Below are positions 28,112 through 37,633 of a DNA stretch of 64,000 bases, in pieces. Position 1 is the first letter of the stretch. Each line of letters starts with the position of its first letter. Made by a program: the position numbers and the translations under genes. The DNA comes from Gemmatimonadales bacterium. Lineage in GTDB: Bacteria > Gemmatimonadota > Gemmatimonadetes > Gemmatimonadales > GWC2-71-9. Below the pieces are notes generated by a model. It worked only from the letters and a program-made list of their open reading frames with translations. It did not search any database and was not told the origin of the DNA. The stretch spans positions 45,533 through 109,532 of the forward strand of contig JBFJCP010000012.1 of assembly GCA_041615815.1 (NCBI GenBank), written 5' to 3'.

Positions 28112-28464
28112 GACTGAAACGGGACGTGCTCCGTGCTGGCTCGTTGACCGGTGCCGCAGGGTCGGCACTGGGCAGCGCGGCTGCCAGCATCTGCTGCATC
28201 GGACCGCTGGGACTCAGCCTTCTTGGTGTGCAGGGAGCCATCTTCGCGGCAGGGCTCAAACCGTATCGAGTCTATCTCCTCGTGGGTTCCGCCCTGCTGT
28301 TGGCATTTGCTTTCTGGAGTGTCTATCGCCCACGCAGGCTGCCAAACGGCAGCGCGTGCTCCATTGGCGTTGGTCGGCTGACCCGAGCCGTGCTGTGGGG
28401 GTCTCTGGGCATTTGGCTCATCGCCGTCGTCCTGCAATTCATGGCACAAAGACTCTGGCTCTAG
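28108..28464 (+). CDS. merT: Mercuric ion transporter MerT-like
   Basis: ASICCIGPL vicinal Cys pair in TM1, LKPYR motif, loop Cys, 3 TM segments; ATGA-coupled to merB. Confidence 0.88.
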   Translation: MRLKRDVLRAGSLTGAAGSALGSAAASICCIGPLGLSLLGVQGAIFAAGLKPYRVYLLVGSALLLAFAFWSVYRPRRLPNGSACSIGVGRLTRAVLWGSLGIWLIAVVLQFMAQRLWL

Positions 28465-28472
28465 GAGGTACG

Positions 28473-29039
28473 GTGCGAACCACGTACGTAGGACTCGCAG
28501 CGGCAGCGCTCGTCCTGGTCGCGAGCGCGGGGCCATCAACACCACCAGCGTACGAGCGCATCGACCGTGACGGGGAGCCTTTGCGCTCGACGTTCAACGC
28601 GGATGCCGGCAAGGTTCGGGTCGTCATGTTGGTGGCGCCGACGTGAGGAGGCTGTCTTCGGGGGGTCTCCGAAACGCAGAAACACCTTCTCGGCAAGATC
28701 GAGAGTCCGAACCTGGCCGCTTATGTCGTGTGGGTGCCGAGAAACGGTGCGCGGGAACGTCACGTGCAGCGGGCGCTTGGCCTCGCCACCGACGCAAGAG
28801 CGTCGCAGTACTGGGACGCCAATCAAACAATCATGAAGCCGTACAACGATCGCTTCCACCTCACCGGGCCGTGCGCCGGAATCTTTATGCTGTTCGGACC
28901 TGAAGCCGTGTGGGAGCGTGATGGTCCGCCCGTTCCGATGCATACCGAAGACGCCCATGCACGCGAATTCAACCGCCCGCTACCACAGTTCGACGCGGAG
29001 CGGTTCGCCGAAAAAGCCAGCGAGCTGCTGAAGCACTGA
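28473..29039 (+). CDS. Predicted exported thioredoxin-like selenoprotein (UxxC; Sec at codon 58, TGA 28644-28646), 188 aa
   Basis: AGGAGG RBS then GTG 28473; signal peptide; VRVVMLVAPT-TGA-GGC-LRG. The frame stays open to 29039 and joins the two ORF-track fragments. SECIS-like hairpin follows the TGA. Confidence 0.85.
28652..28679 (+). promoter_or_regulatory. Bacterial SECIS-like element
   Basis: Upper stem UUCGGGG/CUCCGAA with a GGU loop (GGUCU apex, as in the E. coli fdhF SECIS) starting 10 nt after the UGA; lower stem CUGU/GCAG. Confidence 0.75.
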
Positions 29040-29045
29040 GCGCAC

Positions 29046-29076
29046 AACGGCCCGGGCTCACAGTGCCCGGGCCGTT
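29046..29076. terminator. Bidirectional terminator hairpin closing the mer operon
   Basis: Perfect 12-bp stem AACGGCCCGGGC-TCACAGT-GCCCGGGCCGTT between convergent genes. Confidence 0.75.
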
Positions 29077-29095
29077 ATCCAACCGCGCCTCCAGC

Positions 29096-30169
29096 CTACC
29101 TCCGCCGCACCCTCGCTGCCACCATGTCTCCCATCCGATCCGTGGGAATCCCGCTTCGTGCATCGGCCGACGGGACCGCTCCGCTCGCCAGCAGCTCGGC
29201 GATCGATTGCTCGATGCGAGACGCCGCGGCGCTCTCTCCCAGATAATCGAGCATCATCGCCGCTGCGGAGATCGCCCCTAACGGGCAGGCCACATTCTTC
29301 CCCGCGTACTTGGGCGCCGAGCCGTGGATGGGTTCGAACATCGAAGTCTTACCGGGATGGATGTTGCCAGATGCCGCGATCCCCATCCCACCCTGAATCA
29401 TCGCACCGAGGTCCGTGATGATATCACCAAAGAGATTGGTCGTGACGATGACGTCGAACCACTCCGGGTTCTTGACCATCCACATGCAGCAGGCATCCAC
29501 GTAGGCATGATCGGTCTCCACGTCTGGGAAGTCGTTCGCCACGTGCGCATAGGCCCGCGTCCACACGTCGTGCGGCCGGACCGCGTTGGCCTTGTCCACC
29601 AGCGTGACCCGAGCCCGACGGCCCTCCCGCGCGGCCGCCCGCTTCGTGGCAAGCTCGAAGGCGTAGCGGGAGGCGCGCTCACACCCTTTCCAGGTGTAGA
29701 TGCCGTTCACGATCGCGACTTCATCAGGTGTGTTCTTCTTGAGATGCCCGCCGATTTGGGAGTACATGCCCTCGGTGTTCTCGCGCACGACCACGAAATC
29801 GACGTCCTGCGGTCCCTTGTCCTTGAGTGGGCAGAGCCGCTCCGCGTATAGCTTGATGGGACGGAGATTGACGTAGAGATCGAGACCAAACCGAAGCCCG
29901 AGGATCACCGATCGCTCCACCAGCCCGGGCTCCACATCCGGATGGCCGATGGCGCCGAGCAGTACCGCGTCGAGCCCGCGCCACTCGTCAATCACTGCGT
30001 CGGCGACGAGCTCTTTGGTCTTCAGGTAGTGCGCACCGCTATACGGATAGTCCACCAAGTCGTACTGAAACCCTTCCGTGTCTGCGACGGCAGCCAGGAC
30101 CTTGAGCGCTTCCCGTGTCACCTCCGGACCAATGCCATCTCCAGGAATGACGCCAATCGTGTACGACAT
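29096..30169 (-). CDS. leuB: 3-isopropylmalate dehydrogenase (beta-decarboxylating dehydrogenase family)
   Basis: [43 protein letters not shown]. Confidence 0.8.
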   Translation of the reverse strand: MSYTIGVIPGDGIGPEVTREALKVLAAVADTEGFQYDLVDYPYSGAHYLKTKELVADAVIDEWRGLDAVLLGAIGHPDVEPGLVERSVILGLRFGLDLYVNLRPIKLYAERLCPLKDKGPQDVDFVVVRENTEGMYSQIGGHLKKNTPDEVAIVNGIYTWKGCERASRYAFELATKRAAAREGRRARVTLVDKANAVRPHDVWTRAYAHVANDFPDVETDHAYVDACCMWMVKNPEWFDVIVTTNLFGDIITDLGAMIQGGMGIAASGNIHPGKTSMFEPIHGSAPKYAGKNVACPLGAISAAAMMLDYLGESAAASRIEQSIAELLASGAVPSADARSGIPTDRMGDMVAARVRRR

Positions 30170-30212
30170 GTTCAGTTCCTCACGACGTGTCTCGGTCCAT
30201 CGGCAGCGCGAT

Positions 30213-30878
30213 TCACGACCGCGTCCTTCCTTCGCGTTCGAAGTCCCCCGACACGTCATAGCCTGATTCCGACATCAGGCCCGGATAGTGTTCGTGGAAG
30301 GCGGCGACGATGGCGTCGAGGGGCACACCGGCGTCGATGCCCCGATCCCTGACGTATTCCATATACCGATCGCCGCGGCGATTGAACTGCTGGAGTAGGG
30401 AGTCTTCCCAACCGTCAAACGGGAGCGGCTCGACGTCGAACCGCTCACACAGCGACCGGTTGAATGCCGGCGTCGCCTTCACCCACTGACCTTCGAGAAA
30501 CAGCTCAGTGTATCCATGAAAAACGAACAGATCGGTCTTCATCAGCCGCCGTAACTTCTCGGTCGCGAGATGGTTCTTGACATCAGCAAAACCCAAGCGG
30601 CTCGGAATGCCCTTCACGCGAGCGGCCGCTGCCAAGAGAGCGGCCTTGGGAATGCAAAACCCGTACTCTCGCCTGAGCACCGTGCTGGCCCGCATCCCGA
30701 ACGGAGTGAGATCGACACGATACGGATCGTAGCGAAACGAATCCCGCACGGCATAGTAAATTGCGACGGCGCATTCGCGATCCCCGGAGATCCCCCGCGT
30801 GACCTGCTCGGCAAAGGCCGTCACGGCGGGGTTATCGCTGTCGACGCATTCAGTGGGACGCAGATAGTCATCGAGCAT
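30213..30878 (-). CDS. Transglutaminase-like family protein
   Basis: VRDSFRYDPY, GFCIPKA (catalytic Cys), FHGY, WVKATPAF. Confidence 0.9.
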   Translation of the reverse strand: MLDDYLRPTECVDSDNPAVTAFAEQVTRGISGDRECAVAIYYAVRDSFRYDPYRVDLTPFGMRASTVLRREYGFCIPKAALLAAAARVKGIPSRLGFADVKNHLATEKLRRLMKTDLFVFHGYTELFLEGQWVKATPAFNRSLCERFDVEPLPFDGWEDSLLQQFNRRGDRYMEYVRDRGIDAGVPLDAIVAAFHEHYPGLMSESGYDVSGDFEREGRTRS

Positions 30879-30974
30879 ATGGGCTGCTTCGCGCGTTATC
30901 CGGGCGCCGGAATATACTCATCTCCATGAGGGAACTCCCCATGGGAGCAGTCGCCTGGCGGAATCCGGCACCGG

Positions 30975-31574
30975 GTGTTTCGCGGTACCAGATCTCAACG
31001 TTTTTCGAGCCTCGTGCGTAGGCAACGGAGGGAGCACGGAGGGCTCGCAGCGCTCGTTCCGGCAGGTACTCGCCGCGTCGTGCTGCTGGGGACCCTGGCC
31101 GGCCTCCTGGCCGGATTCGTCGTGCTGGGTTTCGGCGGGCGCTTGGTCATGACGGCCATCGGCCTCATCCTCGGGGCGCGTCCTGACTGGTCGCTGGCCG
31201 GGAGCCTCCAGGTCATCGTGCTCGGTGCCGCGCTGGGACCACCGTCTGGGTTGCTCTATGGTCTGGTTCGATGCCGCCTGCCCCATCCGTCCCACGGCAC
31301 CGGGCTCTTGTTCGGGGCGTTGTTCGGCTCGGCGATCGTGGCCGTGTATTTTTTGAGACCCGCGGGACCCGTGGAGTTGCAGGCGGCTCCGCGCGTTGGC
31401 GCCCTACTGTTCGGGGGCCTTCTACTATTGTTTGGGGTCAGCCTCGAGGCCACCCTCCGGCGTCTCGAGCACGCGGGGTCCCATTTTCAACCAGGATTGT
31501 TGGCGTTGGTCGCAACGTTTGCCTTTTCAATCGGCTGTTTTGGCCTCGGGCTGTGGGCCCTGATCTCACGATGA
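30975..31574 (+). CDS. Hypothetical multi-pass membrane protein
   Basis: About 5 hydrophobic segments; ATGA overlap with the next gene. Start uncertain. Confidence 0.65.
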   Translation: MFRGTRSQRFSSLVRRQRREHGGLAALVPAGTRRVVLLGTLAGLLAGFVVLGFGGRLVMTAIGLILGARPDWSLAGSLQVIVLGAALGPPSGLLYGLVRCRLPHPSHGTGLLFGALFGSAIVAVYFLRPAGPVELQAAPRVGALLFGGLLLLFGVSLEATLRRLEHAGSHFQPGLLALVATFAFSIGCFGLGLWALISR

Positions 31575-34306
31575 CCGCCGCTCGCTGGGGCCGCCTGGTG
31601 GCTGTGCTCCTGGGCGCCGCGCTGCCGAGCGGCACCGCGGGGGCACAGGAGGCGGCCGACCCCCAGCCACCCCCGGCTCCGGCTGGGGTGCCGCGCATCG
31701 TGGCCACCCCCCGTGACGGCGGCATCGACCTCGACGGACGCATCGTCGAGGCCGCATGGCAACAGGCTGTCCCCGCGTCACGATTCGTGCAGCGCGAACC
31801 CGTGGAAGGGGCCCCGGCCGAGGAGATCACCCAGGTGTGGGTGCTCTATGACGAGCGAGCCCTGTACGTCGCGGCCCTGATGCGCGAAAGCCAGATGGAA
31901 GCCATGGGCACCCAACTGGTGCGACGCGACGAATGGGGGCAGTACGACTACTTCGAGGTCTCGCTCGATCCCAACAACGATCGGCGCACCGGATACCTGT
32001 TTCTCGTGAGTGCCGCCGGCGTACAAGCAGATGCCTACCTCTTCGACGACGTCGAAGAGGATCGAAACTGGGATGCGGTCTGGGAATCCTCGGTCCACCG
32101 AGACTCGAGCGGCTGGAGCGTCGAGATGCGCATCCCGCTCTCGCAGATCCTCTATCGGCCAAGCACCAGACCACAGTCCTGGGGGGTCAACTTCGCTCGG
32201 AGGCGGCTGGCACAAAACGAACGCACGTATTTTGCCCTCGAGTCGCGCGTGCAGCATGGGCGGGTTAGCGTGTTTGGGAGGCTCCAGGGCCTCGAGTTGT
32301 CCGGAGCAGCGAGACGGATCGAGATCCAGCCCTACGCGCTGGGCAGCGCGCGCACCGCACCGGCCGTCACCGGCGATCCGTTCTTCGACGGCGCCGAACT
32401 GGGCAACCAGGTGGGAGCCGACCTCCGCTACGGCGTCGGGCAGTCTACCTTCGACGTCACGATCAACCCTGATTTCGGACAGGTCGAGGTGGATCCCGCC
32501 GTCATCAACCTCTCGGCCTTTGAGACGTTCTTCCCCGAGAAACGCCCCTTTTTCGTCGAAGATGCCCAGCTCTTCGACTTTGGACGGCTGCGCCTCTTCA
32601 ATAGCCGACGAATCGGGCGGGAACCGCGGGGATCCGCTCCGGACGACGCACTCTTCGAGCGGGCCCCGGAACAGACAACCATCCTGGCGGCGCTCAAGTT
32701 CACCAGCCGGACGCCTTCCGGACTGACCCTGGGCGGGCTTGCCGCCCTTACCGACGAGGAGCACGGTCGCGCACTGCTGACCGGTGGCAGCGACCCCGTC
32801 TCGTATGTGGCGGAGCCGATGACGCAGTACGGTGTGATTCGGCTCCAGCAGGACTTCCGCGACGGGGCAACCCAGGTGGGGGGAATCCTGACCGGGGTGC
32901 ACCGGAATCTGCCGGCGAGCGGATCACTCGATTTCCTGACCACCAGCGCGTTCAGCGGTGCCATCGACTTCGAACACAACTGGGGCGGACCGCGGTCCCG
33001 CAACTGGGCCCTCTGGGGCTTCTACGCGCACGGGCAGGTGTTCGGCAGGGAAGCGGCCATCCTCGACCTACAGGAAGCGAGCAATCACTACTACCAACGG
33101 CCGGACGCCACCAGATTCGGAATCGATTCCACTCGGACATCTCTGGGCGGTCGTAACTGGCGGCTGCAGTTCGAACGCCGCAGCGCCGACCACTGGACTG
33201 GCGCGTTATGGCTGGCGGAAGTTTCATCGGGCTTCGAAATCAACGACCTCGGGTTCTGGAACCGCGGCGAGCGCCTCGACGGCGGCGCACGCCTGAGTTA
33301 CCAAGAGATCACGCCGGGGAGCCTCCTCCGGAGCTACCGCATCAGCGCCTTCACCTTTCAGAACTGGAGCCACGAGGCCCTCGATGACGTTTGGTCGTGG
33401 AACTCGTGGAAACGCGCGCATCGTCGCGGCACGTTCTCCGTGAGCACCGATCTCGAATTCTTGAATTACTGGGGTGTGGAGTTGCAAGCGCAATATCGCC
33501 CGAATTCGATGAGCGACAACGCGACGCGGGGCGGTCCCCTCATGAAGGATCCGGGATCGATCGCTTTTGAGTTCGGTGCCACCACCGATCGCCGAAAACC
33601 GGTTGTGTTCGAGCCTTCGTTCAACTACGAAAACCGCCGAGGGATTGGTCACGGATGGTGGACGTCCTTGGAGGTCGGGCTGCGACCCACGCCCGCCGTT
33701 GAGATAGAACTGGAGCCGAGCTTCAGCTCCGAACTCAATCCGGCACAGTATGTGGCGACCACGGACGATATGGGGTATGCGCCCACCTTCGGCCCGCGAT
33801 ACCTCTTCGCCGATCTGCGGCTTCGGACATTCGCCGTCGAGGCGCGGGCCAATGTGACACTCAACCCCAAACTGTCGTTCGCACTCTTTGCCCAACCCCT
33901 GCTGTCCTCGGGAGACTATCTCACCTACAAACAGTTGGATCGGGCCGAGTCCTTCGCGTTCGATCGCTTCCAGGAAGGTGCCAGCCTCGTGGCCGACGAC
34001 GAGGTCGTCTGCCTCGGTGGACGTACGTGCGTCGTGGACGGGGACCGATACGTGGACTTCGAGGGTGATGGGACCACCGACTTCTCGTTTGACGACCGAG
34101 ACTTCAACGTGCGGTCGTTCCGGATGACGGCAGTGATGCGGTGGGAGTACCGTCCGGGGTCCACGATCTTCCTGGTGTGGCAGCAGCAACGTGAGGGCGA
34201 GGCGAACACGGGGAGCTTTGATTTCTTCCGGGATTTCGGCGCTCTGTGGAGCACCGACACTGAAAACCTCTTCATTGTCAAGCTCACCTACTGGTTGGGC
34301 CTCTAG
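31571..34306 (+). CDS. CBM9-like + DUF5916 outer-membrane protein (second paralog)
   Basis: Signal peptide, LDGRIVE, WSVEMRIPLSQ, NPDFGQVEVDP...FFPEKRPFFVE, SRRIG. Confidence 0.88.
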   Translation: MTAARWGRLVAVLLGAALPSGTAGAQEAADPQPPPAPAGVPRIVATPRDGGIDLDGRIVEAAWQQAVPASRFVQREPVEGAPAEEITQVWVLYDERALYVAALMRESQMEAMGTQLVRRDEWGQYDYFEVSLDPNNDRRTGYLFLVSAAGVQADAYLFDDVEEDRNWDAVWESSVHRDSSGWSVEMRIPLSQILYRPSTRPQSWGVNFARRRLAQNERTYFALESRVQHGRVSVFGRLQGLELSGAARRIEIQPYALGSARTAPAVTGDPFFDGAELGNQVGADLRYGVGQSTFDVTINPDFGQVEVDPAVINLSAFETFFPEKRPFFVEDAQLFDFGRLRLFNSRRIGREPRGSAPDDALFERAPEQTTILAALKFTSRTPSGLTLGGLAALTDEEHGRALLTGGSDPVSYVAEPMTQYGVIRLQQDFRDGATQVGGILTGVHRNLPASGSLDFLTTSAFSGAIDFEHNWGGPRSRNWALWGFYAHGQVFGREAAILDLQEASNHYYQRPDATRFGIDSTRTSLGGRNWRLQFERRSADHWTGALWLAEVSSGFEINDLGFWNRGERLDGGARLSYQEITPGSLLRSYRISAFTFQNWSHEALDDVWSWNSWKRAHRRGTFSVSTDLEFLNYWGVELQAQYRPNSMSDNATRGGPLMKDPGSIAFEFGATTDRRKPVVFEPSFNYENRRGIGHGWWTSLEVGLRPTPAVEIELEPSFSSELNPAQYVATTDDMGYAPTFGPRYLFADLRLRTFAVEARANVTLNPKLSFALFAQPLLSSGDYLTYKQLDRAESFAFDRFQEGASLVADDEVVCLGGRTCVVDGDRYVDFEGDGTTDFSFDDRDFNVRSFRMTAVMRWEYRPGSTIFLVWQQQREGEANTGSFDFFRDFGALWSTDTENLFIVKLTYWLGL

Positions 34307-34404
34307 CATCTCCGCCCAGCTCTTTCTATCATTCCCCTCGATGTAGCGCCGTCAGGCACGTGCCCTCGTTCGTGCCGTGAATCCGAAACACACAGGAGGA
34401 AGAA

Positions 34405-35532
34405 ATGCGCAGGGGGTTTCGGCTGCTCACGCTCGGTGCGTGCGCGGCCATTCTGACCATGCCCGATGCTGTGGTCGCTCAGGAGGTTCAGTACACCACC
34501 AAGAGCAAGGTGGAGTTCGGTGGAGCGCTCGGCCGGATGATGAAAATCTTCGGTGGGTCAAACACGACGACGGAGGTCACATCTATCAAGGGGCTCAAGC
34601 TTCGTACCGACGACGCCGACGAGACCTCCACCATCCTCGACGTGGCCAATCAGCAATACACGTTCGTCGATCACGAGAGCAAGACCTTCTACCGCACGAG
34701 CCTTGCCGAAATGATGGCGGCAGGCGAGCGCATGGCCCAAGCCATGGCGGACAGCATGGAGGCCGCGCAAGCACGGGAGGACGACGACCCCGAGGAACCC
34801 AAGGTCGAATACGAGGTCCATTTCTCCACGGACCGCACAGGACGGACAAAAGATTTTCTCGGCTATACCGCCGAGCAGGCCTTTCTGACGCTGGAGATCA
34901 CCGCCAAGGAGGTGGACCGCGCGGAAGGGGATCAGGACGATGAGGAAGAGGAATACGATCGGGGCGGCACGCTGGTCGTCCTCACGGAATTGTGGCTGAG
35001 CACGGCGTTTCCGGCCTGGCAGGCCACACAGGAACAGCAGGAAGCCTGGCGACAGGCCTCTGAGGGCTATGCCCCTTCGACCCAAGGCATGCAGCAGGCT
35101 TTTGCCTTCGATCCGCGGATCAAGGAGGGGATGGAACGACTCGCGGAAGAGATGCAGGGGTTGGAGGGAACGACGGTGCGCTCGGTTACCCACATCGTCA
35201 CGGTTCCGTATGGCATGAAGCTGGATCGAGCCATCGTGCTGCGGGATGCCGATCGCAGCCTCGGTGACGACATGGGCGACGCCGCTGGCAACGCCGCCAA
35301 GGAATCCGCCAAGGGTGCCATTGGAGGCATCACGGGTGGGTTATTTGGTAAGAAGAAGAAGGAAGAGCCCAAGCGTCCCGAGCCCAAACAGGCAACGGTG
35401 GTACGTGTGACCAGCGACATCACCGATGTCAATCGAGGTCCGCTGGCCGATTCCCTCTTTACACCACCGACAGAGTATACGGAGCGGACACCCGAGTGGA
35501 TGGCCATGCCGGCGGGCGAGTCCTCGCAGTAA
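34405..35532 (+). CDS. Exported hypothetical protein (DUF4412-like)
   Basis: AGGAG RBS, signal peptide, GGLFGKKKKEE segment, C-terminal SLFTPPTEY. Confidence 0.75.
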   Translation: MRRGFRLLTLGACAAILTMPDAVVAQEVQYTTKSKVEFGGALGRMMKIFGGSNTTTEVTSIKGLKLRTDDADETSTILDVANQQYTFVDHESKTFYRTSLAEMMAAGERMAQAMADSMEAAQAREDDDPEEPKVEYEVHFSTDRTGRTKDFLGYTAEQAFLTLEITAKEVDRAEGDQDDEEEEYDRGGTLVVLTELWLSTAFPAWQATQEQQEAWRQASEGYAPSTQGMQQAFAFDPRIKEGMERLAEEMQGLEGTTVRSVTHIVTVPYGMKLDRAIVLRDADRSLGDDMGDAAGNAAKESAKGAIGGITGGLFGKKKKEEPKRPEPKQATVVRVTSDITDVNRGPLADSLFTPPTEYTERTPEWMAMPAGESSQ

Positions 35533-35560
35533 CGAGGCTGGAAAGCCGAACCGAGGGAGT

Positions 35561-35589
35561 AAGCCCCGCCGCCGCCGCGGCGGGGCTTT
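35561..35589. terminator. Bidirectional terminator
   Basis: AAGCCCCGCCGC-CGCC-GCGGCGGGGCTT(T). Confidence 0.7.
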
Positions 35590-35600
35590 GGCATCCCATC

Positions 35601-36365
35601 TCAACGACCCCGCTTCCGAATCGCCTCCTCCACATAGGCGCGGATGGCACCGAGCGTGGCGGGATCCTTCCATTCGGTCAGCACACTGGCGTCGGTCTCC
35701 GGCGCCAGCTGTTCCATCCGCGCCAACGCGGGACGGCGCAGCTGCTGCTTGGTGATGCGAAAGCGGGCAATCGGCTCGCTGGAGAGCCGCGCGGCCACGT
35801 GGCACGCCTCGTCGAGCAGCCGCTCTCCATCCACGATCTCATCCACCAAGCCCCGCTCGTACGCTTCTGCCGAGGGGTAGGTCTTCCCCCGGTACACGAG
35901 CTCCTGCAGATGCGCCGTGGACGTGGCGAAACGGAGTATCTCGATGGCGACCACTGGAAACGGGACACCGACCCGTAACTCGGGAACCCCGATGGTCCCA
36001 TCCCCGCTCGCCATGAGCCGATAGTCGCACGCTGCGGCCAACACGCATCCACCGGCAATGGCATGGCCGTTGATGGCAGCCACTACCGGCTTGGGAAACG
36101 CAAACAGTTTGCGAAAGGCACCCACCAGCGCGGGAACGAACGCGTCCACGTACTGCGCTCCGCCATCCAAGACGCGAAACAGGTCCACCCCTGCGCAGAA
36201 GATCGAACCGGTGCCCGTGAGCACGAGGGCATGGGTATCGTCATCCGCCTGGGTCGTGTCGAGCGCGGCCGCCAGCGCGACGGTGAGCTCGAGATCCAAC
36301 GCCTGCGCCTTCCCGTGGTCCAACCTGAGGATCGCAACGTTACCGCGGGAGTCTCTGTGGAGCAT
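35601..36365 (-). CDS. Enoyl-CoA hydratase/isomerase family protein
   Basis: FCAGVDL, VAAINGHAIAGG, GVPELRVG. Confidence 0.93.
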   Translation of the reverse strand: MLHRDSRGNVAILRLDHGKAQALDLELTVALAAALDTTQADDDTHALVLTGTGSIFCAGVDLFRVLDGGAQYVDAFVPALVGAFRKLFAFPKPVVAAINGHAIAGGCVLAAACDYRLMASGDGTIGVPELRVGVPFPVVAIEILRFATSTAHLQELVYRGKTYPSAEAYERGLVDEIVDGERLLDEACHVAARLSSEPIARFRITKQQLRRPALARMEQLAPETDASVLTEWKDPATLGAIRAYVEEAIRKRGR

Positions 36366-36555
36366 GGTGGAATCTCACTTCCGAGGCTTGGGAAACCGGG
36401 TCTAGGTCTGTTCTTCGGGACTCTGTTCCCTTCCGACGGATGCTGCCGTAGTCTACGGTCGGGGGGAACTCGTAGCGGGCGCCTGCATGTTGGGAAGACG
36501 AACGCGATCAGGCACCGACTCCGTCATTTCATCCCGGCACCGAGGTACCACAACC

Positions 36556-37575
36556 GTGATTCCAGCAGACGTACGTGGCATCGTCTTGGCAGCCGTGGGA
36601 ACCATCGTAGCCGGGGTCGGCACTCGCGTGGCGGCTCAACTTCCTTCGTTCGAGCACGGGACACTCGTCGTCCTCAACAAGCAGGCAGCGACGGCCAACA
36701 TCATCGACGTCGGCTCCAAACAGATCCTCGCCACGCTTCCAACCGGGATCGGGCCGCACGAAGTGGCGCTGTCCCATGATGGACGCGTGGCGGTCACCAC
36801 CAATTACGGTGCCCGTGCTCCGGGAAACTCCCTCACCGTCATCAATGTTCCGGGGCGGCACGTGGTTCGCACCATCGATCTCGGGAGGTATCAACGTCCC
36901 CACGGGATCGCCTTCCTCCCCGGTGACAGCATCGCGGCTGTCACGTCGGAAACGGCGCGGGCGATCGTGCTGGTCCGGATAGCCGATGGGACGATCGTTC
37001 GCACGGTCTCCACGGAGGCTGATGGTTCGCACATGTTGGCCATGATCGGCGATGGCTCACGAATCTACACCAGTGACGGCCAGAGTAACTCGGTCACCGC
37101 ACTGAGCGTCACCGCATCGGACCCCATGCAGGCCTTCCCGGTCCCCTCGCGCCCCGAGGCGATCACCGTGACCGCCCGCGGCGATGAAGTGTGGGTCGGA
37201 TCCAACGGAGAAGGCACCGTGAGCGTGATCGTCACGGCAACGGGCACAGTGCGGGGGAAGCTCGAGGGATTCGGCTGGCCCTACCGGATCCTCATCACTC
37301 CCGATAGCCGGCTCGCGGTCATCCCCGATCTCCAGAAGCACCAGATCCGCATCGTGGACCGCGCATCCATCCGAGAGTTGGCGGTGCTCGACATGCCGGG
37401 AACAGGCCCCCAAGGCGTCGCCCTGTCCGGCGACGGCCGGATTCTCTACGTCTCCTTGAGCCGGGAGGACCGGGTCGCGGCCATCGACCTTCAGTCCTAC
37501 GAGGTCATCGGACATTTCGACACGGGATCGGGTCCGGACGGGATCGCGTACTCATCAATGATCGTTGCCCAATAA
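36556..37575 (+). CDS. YncE/YVTN-type beta-propeller protein
   Basis: Repeated GPHEV/PHGI/PEAI/PQGV/PDGI blades. Start uncertain. Confidence 0.85.
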   Translation: MIPADVRGIVLAAVGTIVAGVGTRVAAQLPSFEHGTLVVLNKQAATANIIDVGSKQILATLPTGIGPHEVALSHDGRVAVTTNYGARAPGNSLTVINVPGRHVVRTIDLGRYQRPHGIAFLPGDSIAAVTSETARAIVLVRIADGTIVRTVSTEADGSHMLAMIGDGSRIYTSDGQSNSVTALSVTASDPMQAFPVPSRPEAITVTARGDEVWVGSNGEGTVSVIVTATGTVRGKLEGFGWPYRILITPDSRLAVIPDLQKHQIRIVDRASIRELAVLDMPGTGPQGVALSGDGRILYVSLSREDRVAAIDLQSYEVIGHFDTGSGPDGIAYSSMIVAQ

Positions 37576-37582
37576 ACCCGCG

Positions 37583-37617
37583 CCGTGCCCCGGGCGTCCA
37601 CGGCGCCCAGGGCACGG
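37583..37617. terminator. Hairpin between convergent genes
   Basis: CCGTGCCC.GGGCGTC...GGCGCCC.GGGCACGG. Confidence 0.55.
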
Positions 37618-37633
37618 TTCGGGCGTGGCACCC

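Noticed and set aside
28356..29039. Two separate small genes (28356-28646 and 28728-29039), or a nonsense pseudogene
   Set aside because: Same frame, TGA at the redox position of UxxC, SECIS-like hairpin present, and no RBS for the second piece (the GGAGG after the TGA is about 76 nt from the next in-frame GTG). Recoding is the simpler explanation.
26100..29090. mer cluster as a transposon or integrative element
   Set aside because: No transposase or integrase, and no terminal inverted repeats or target duplications that I could see.
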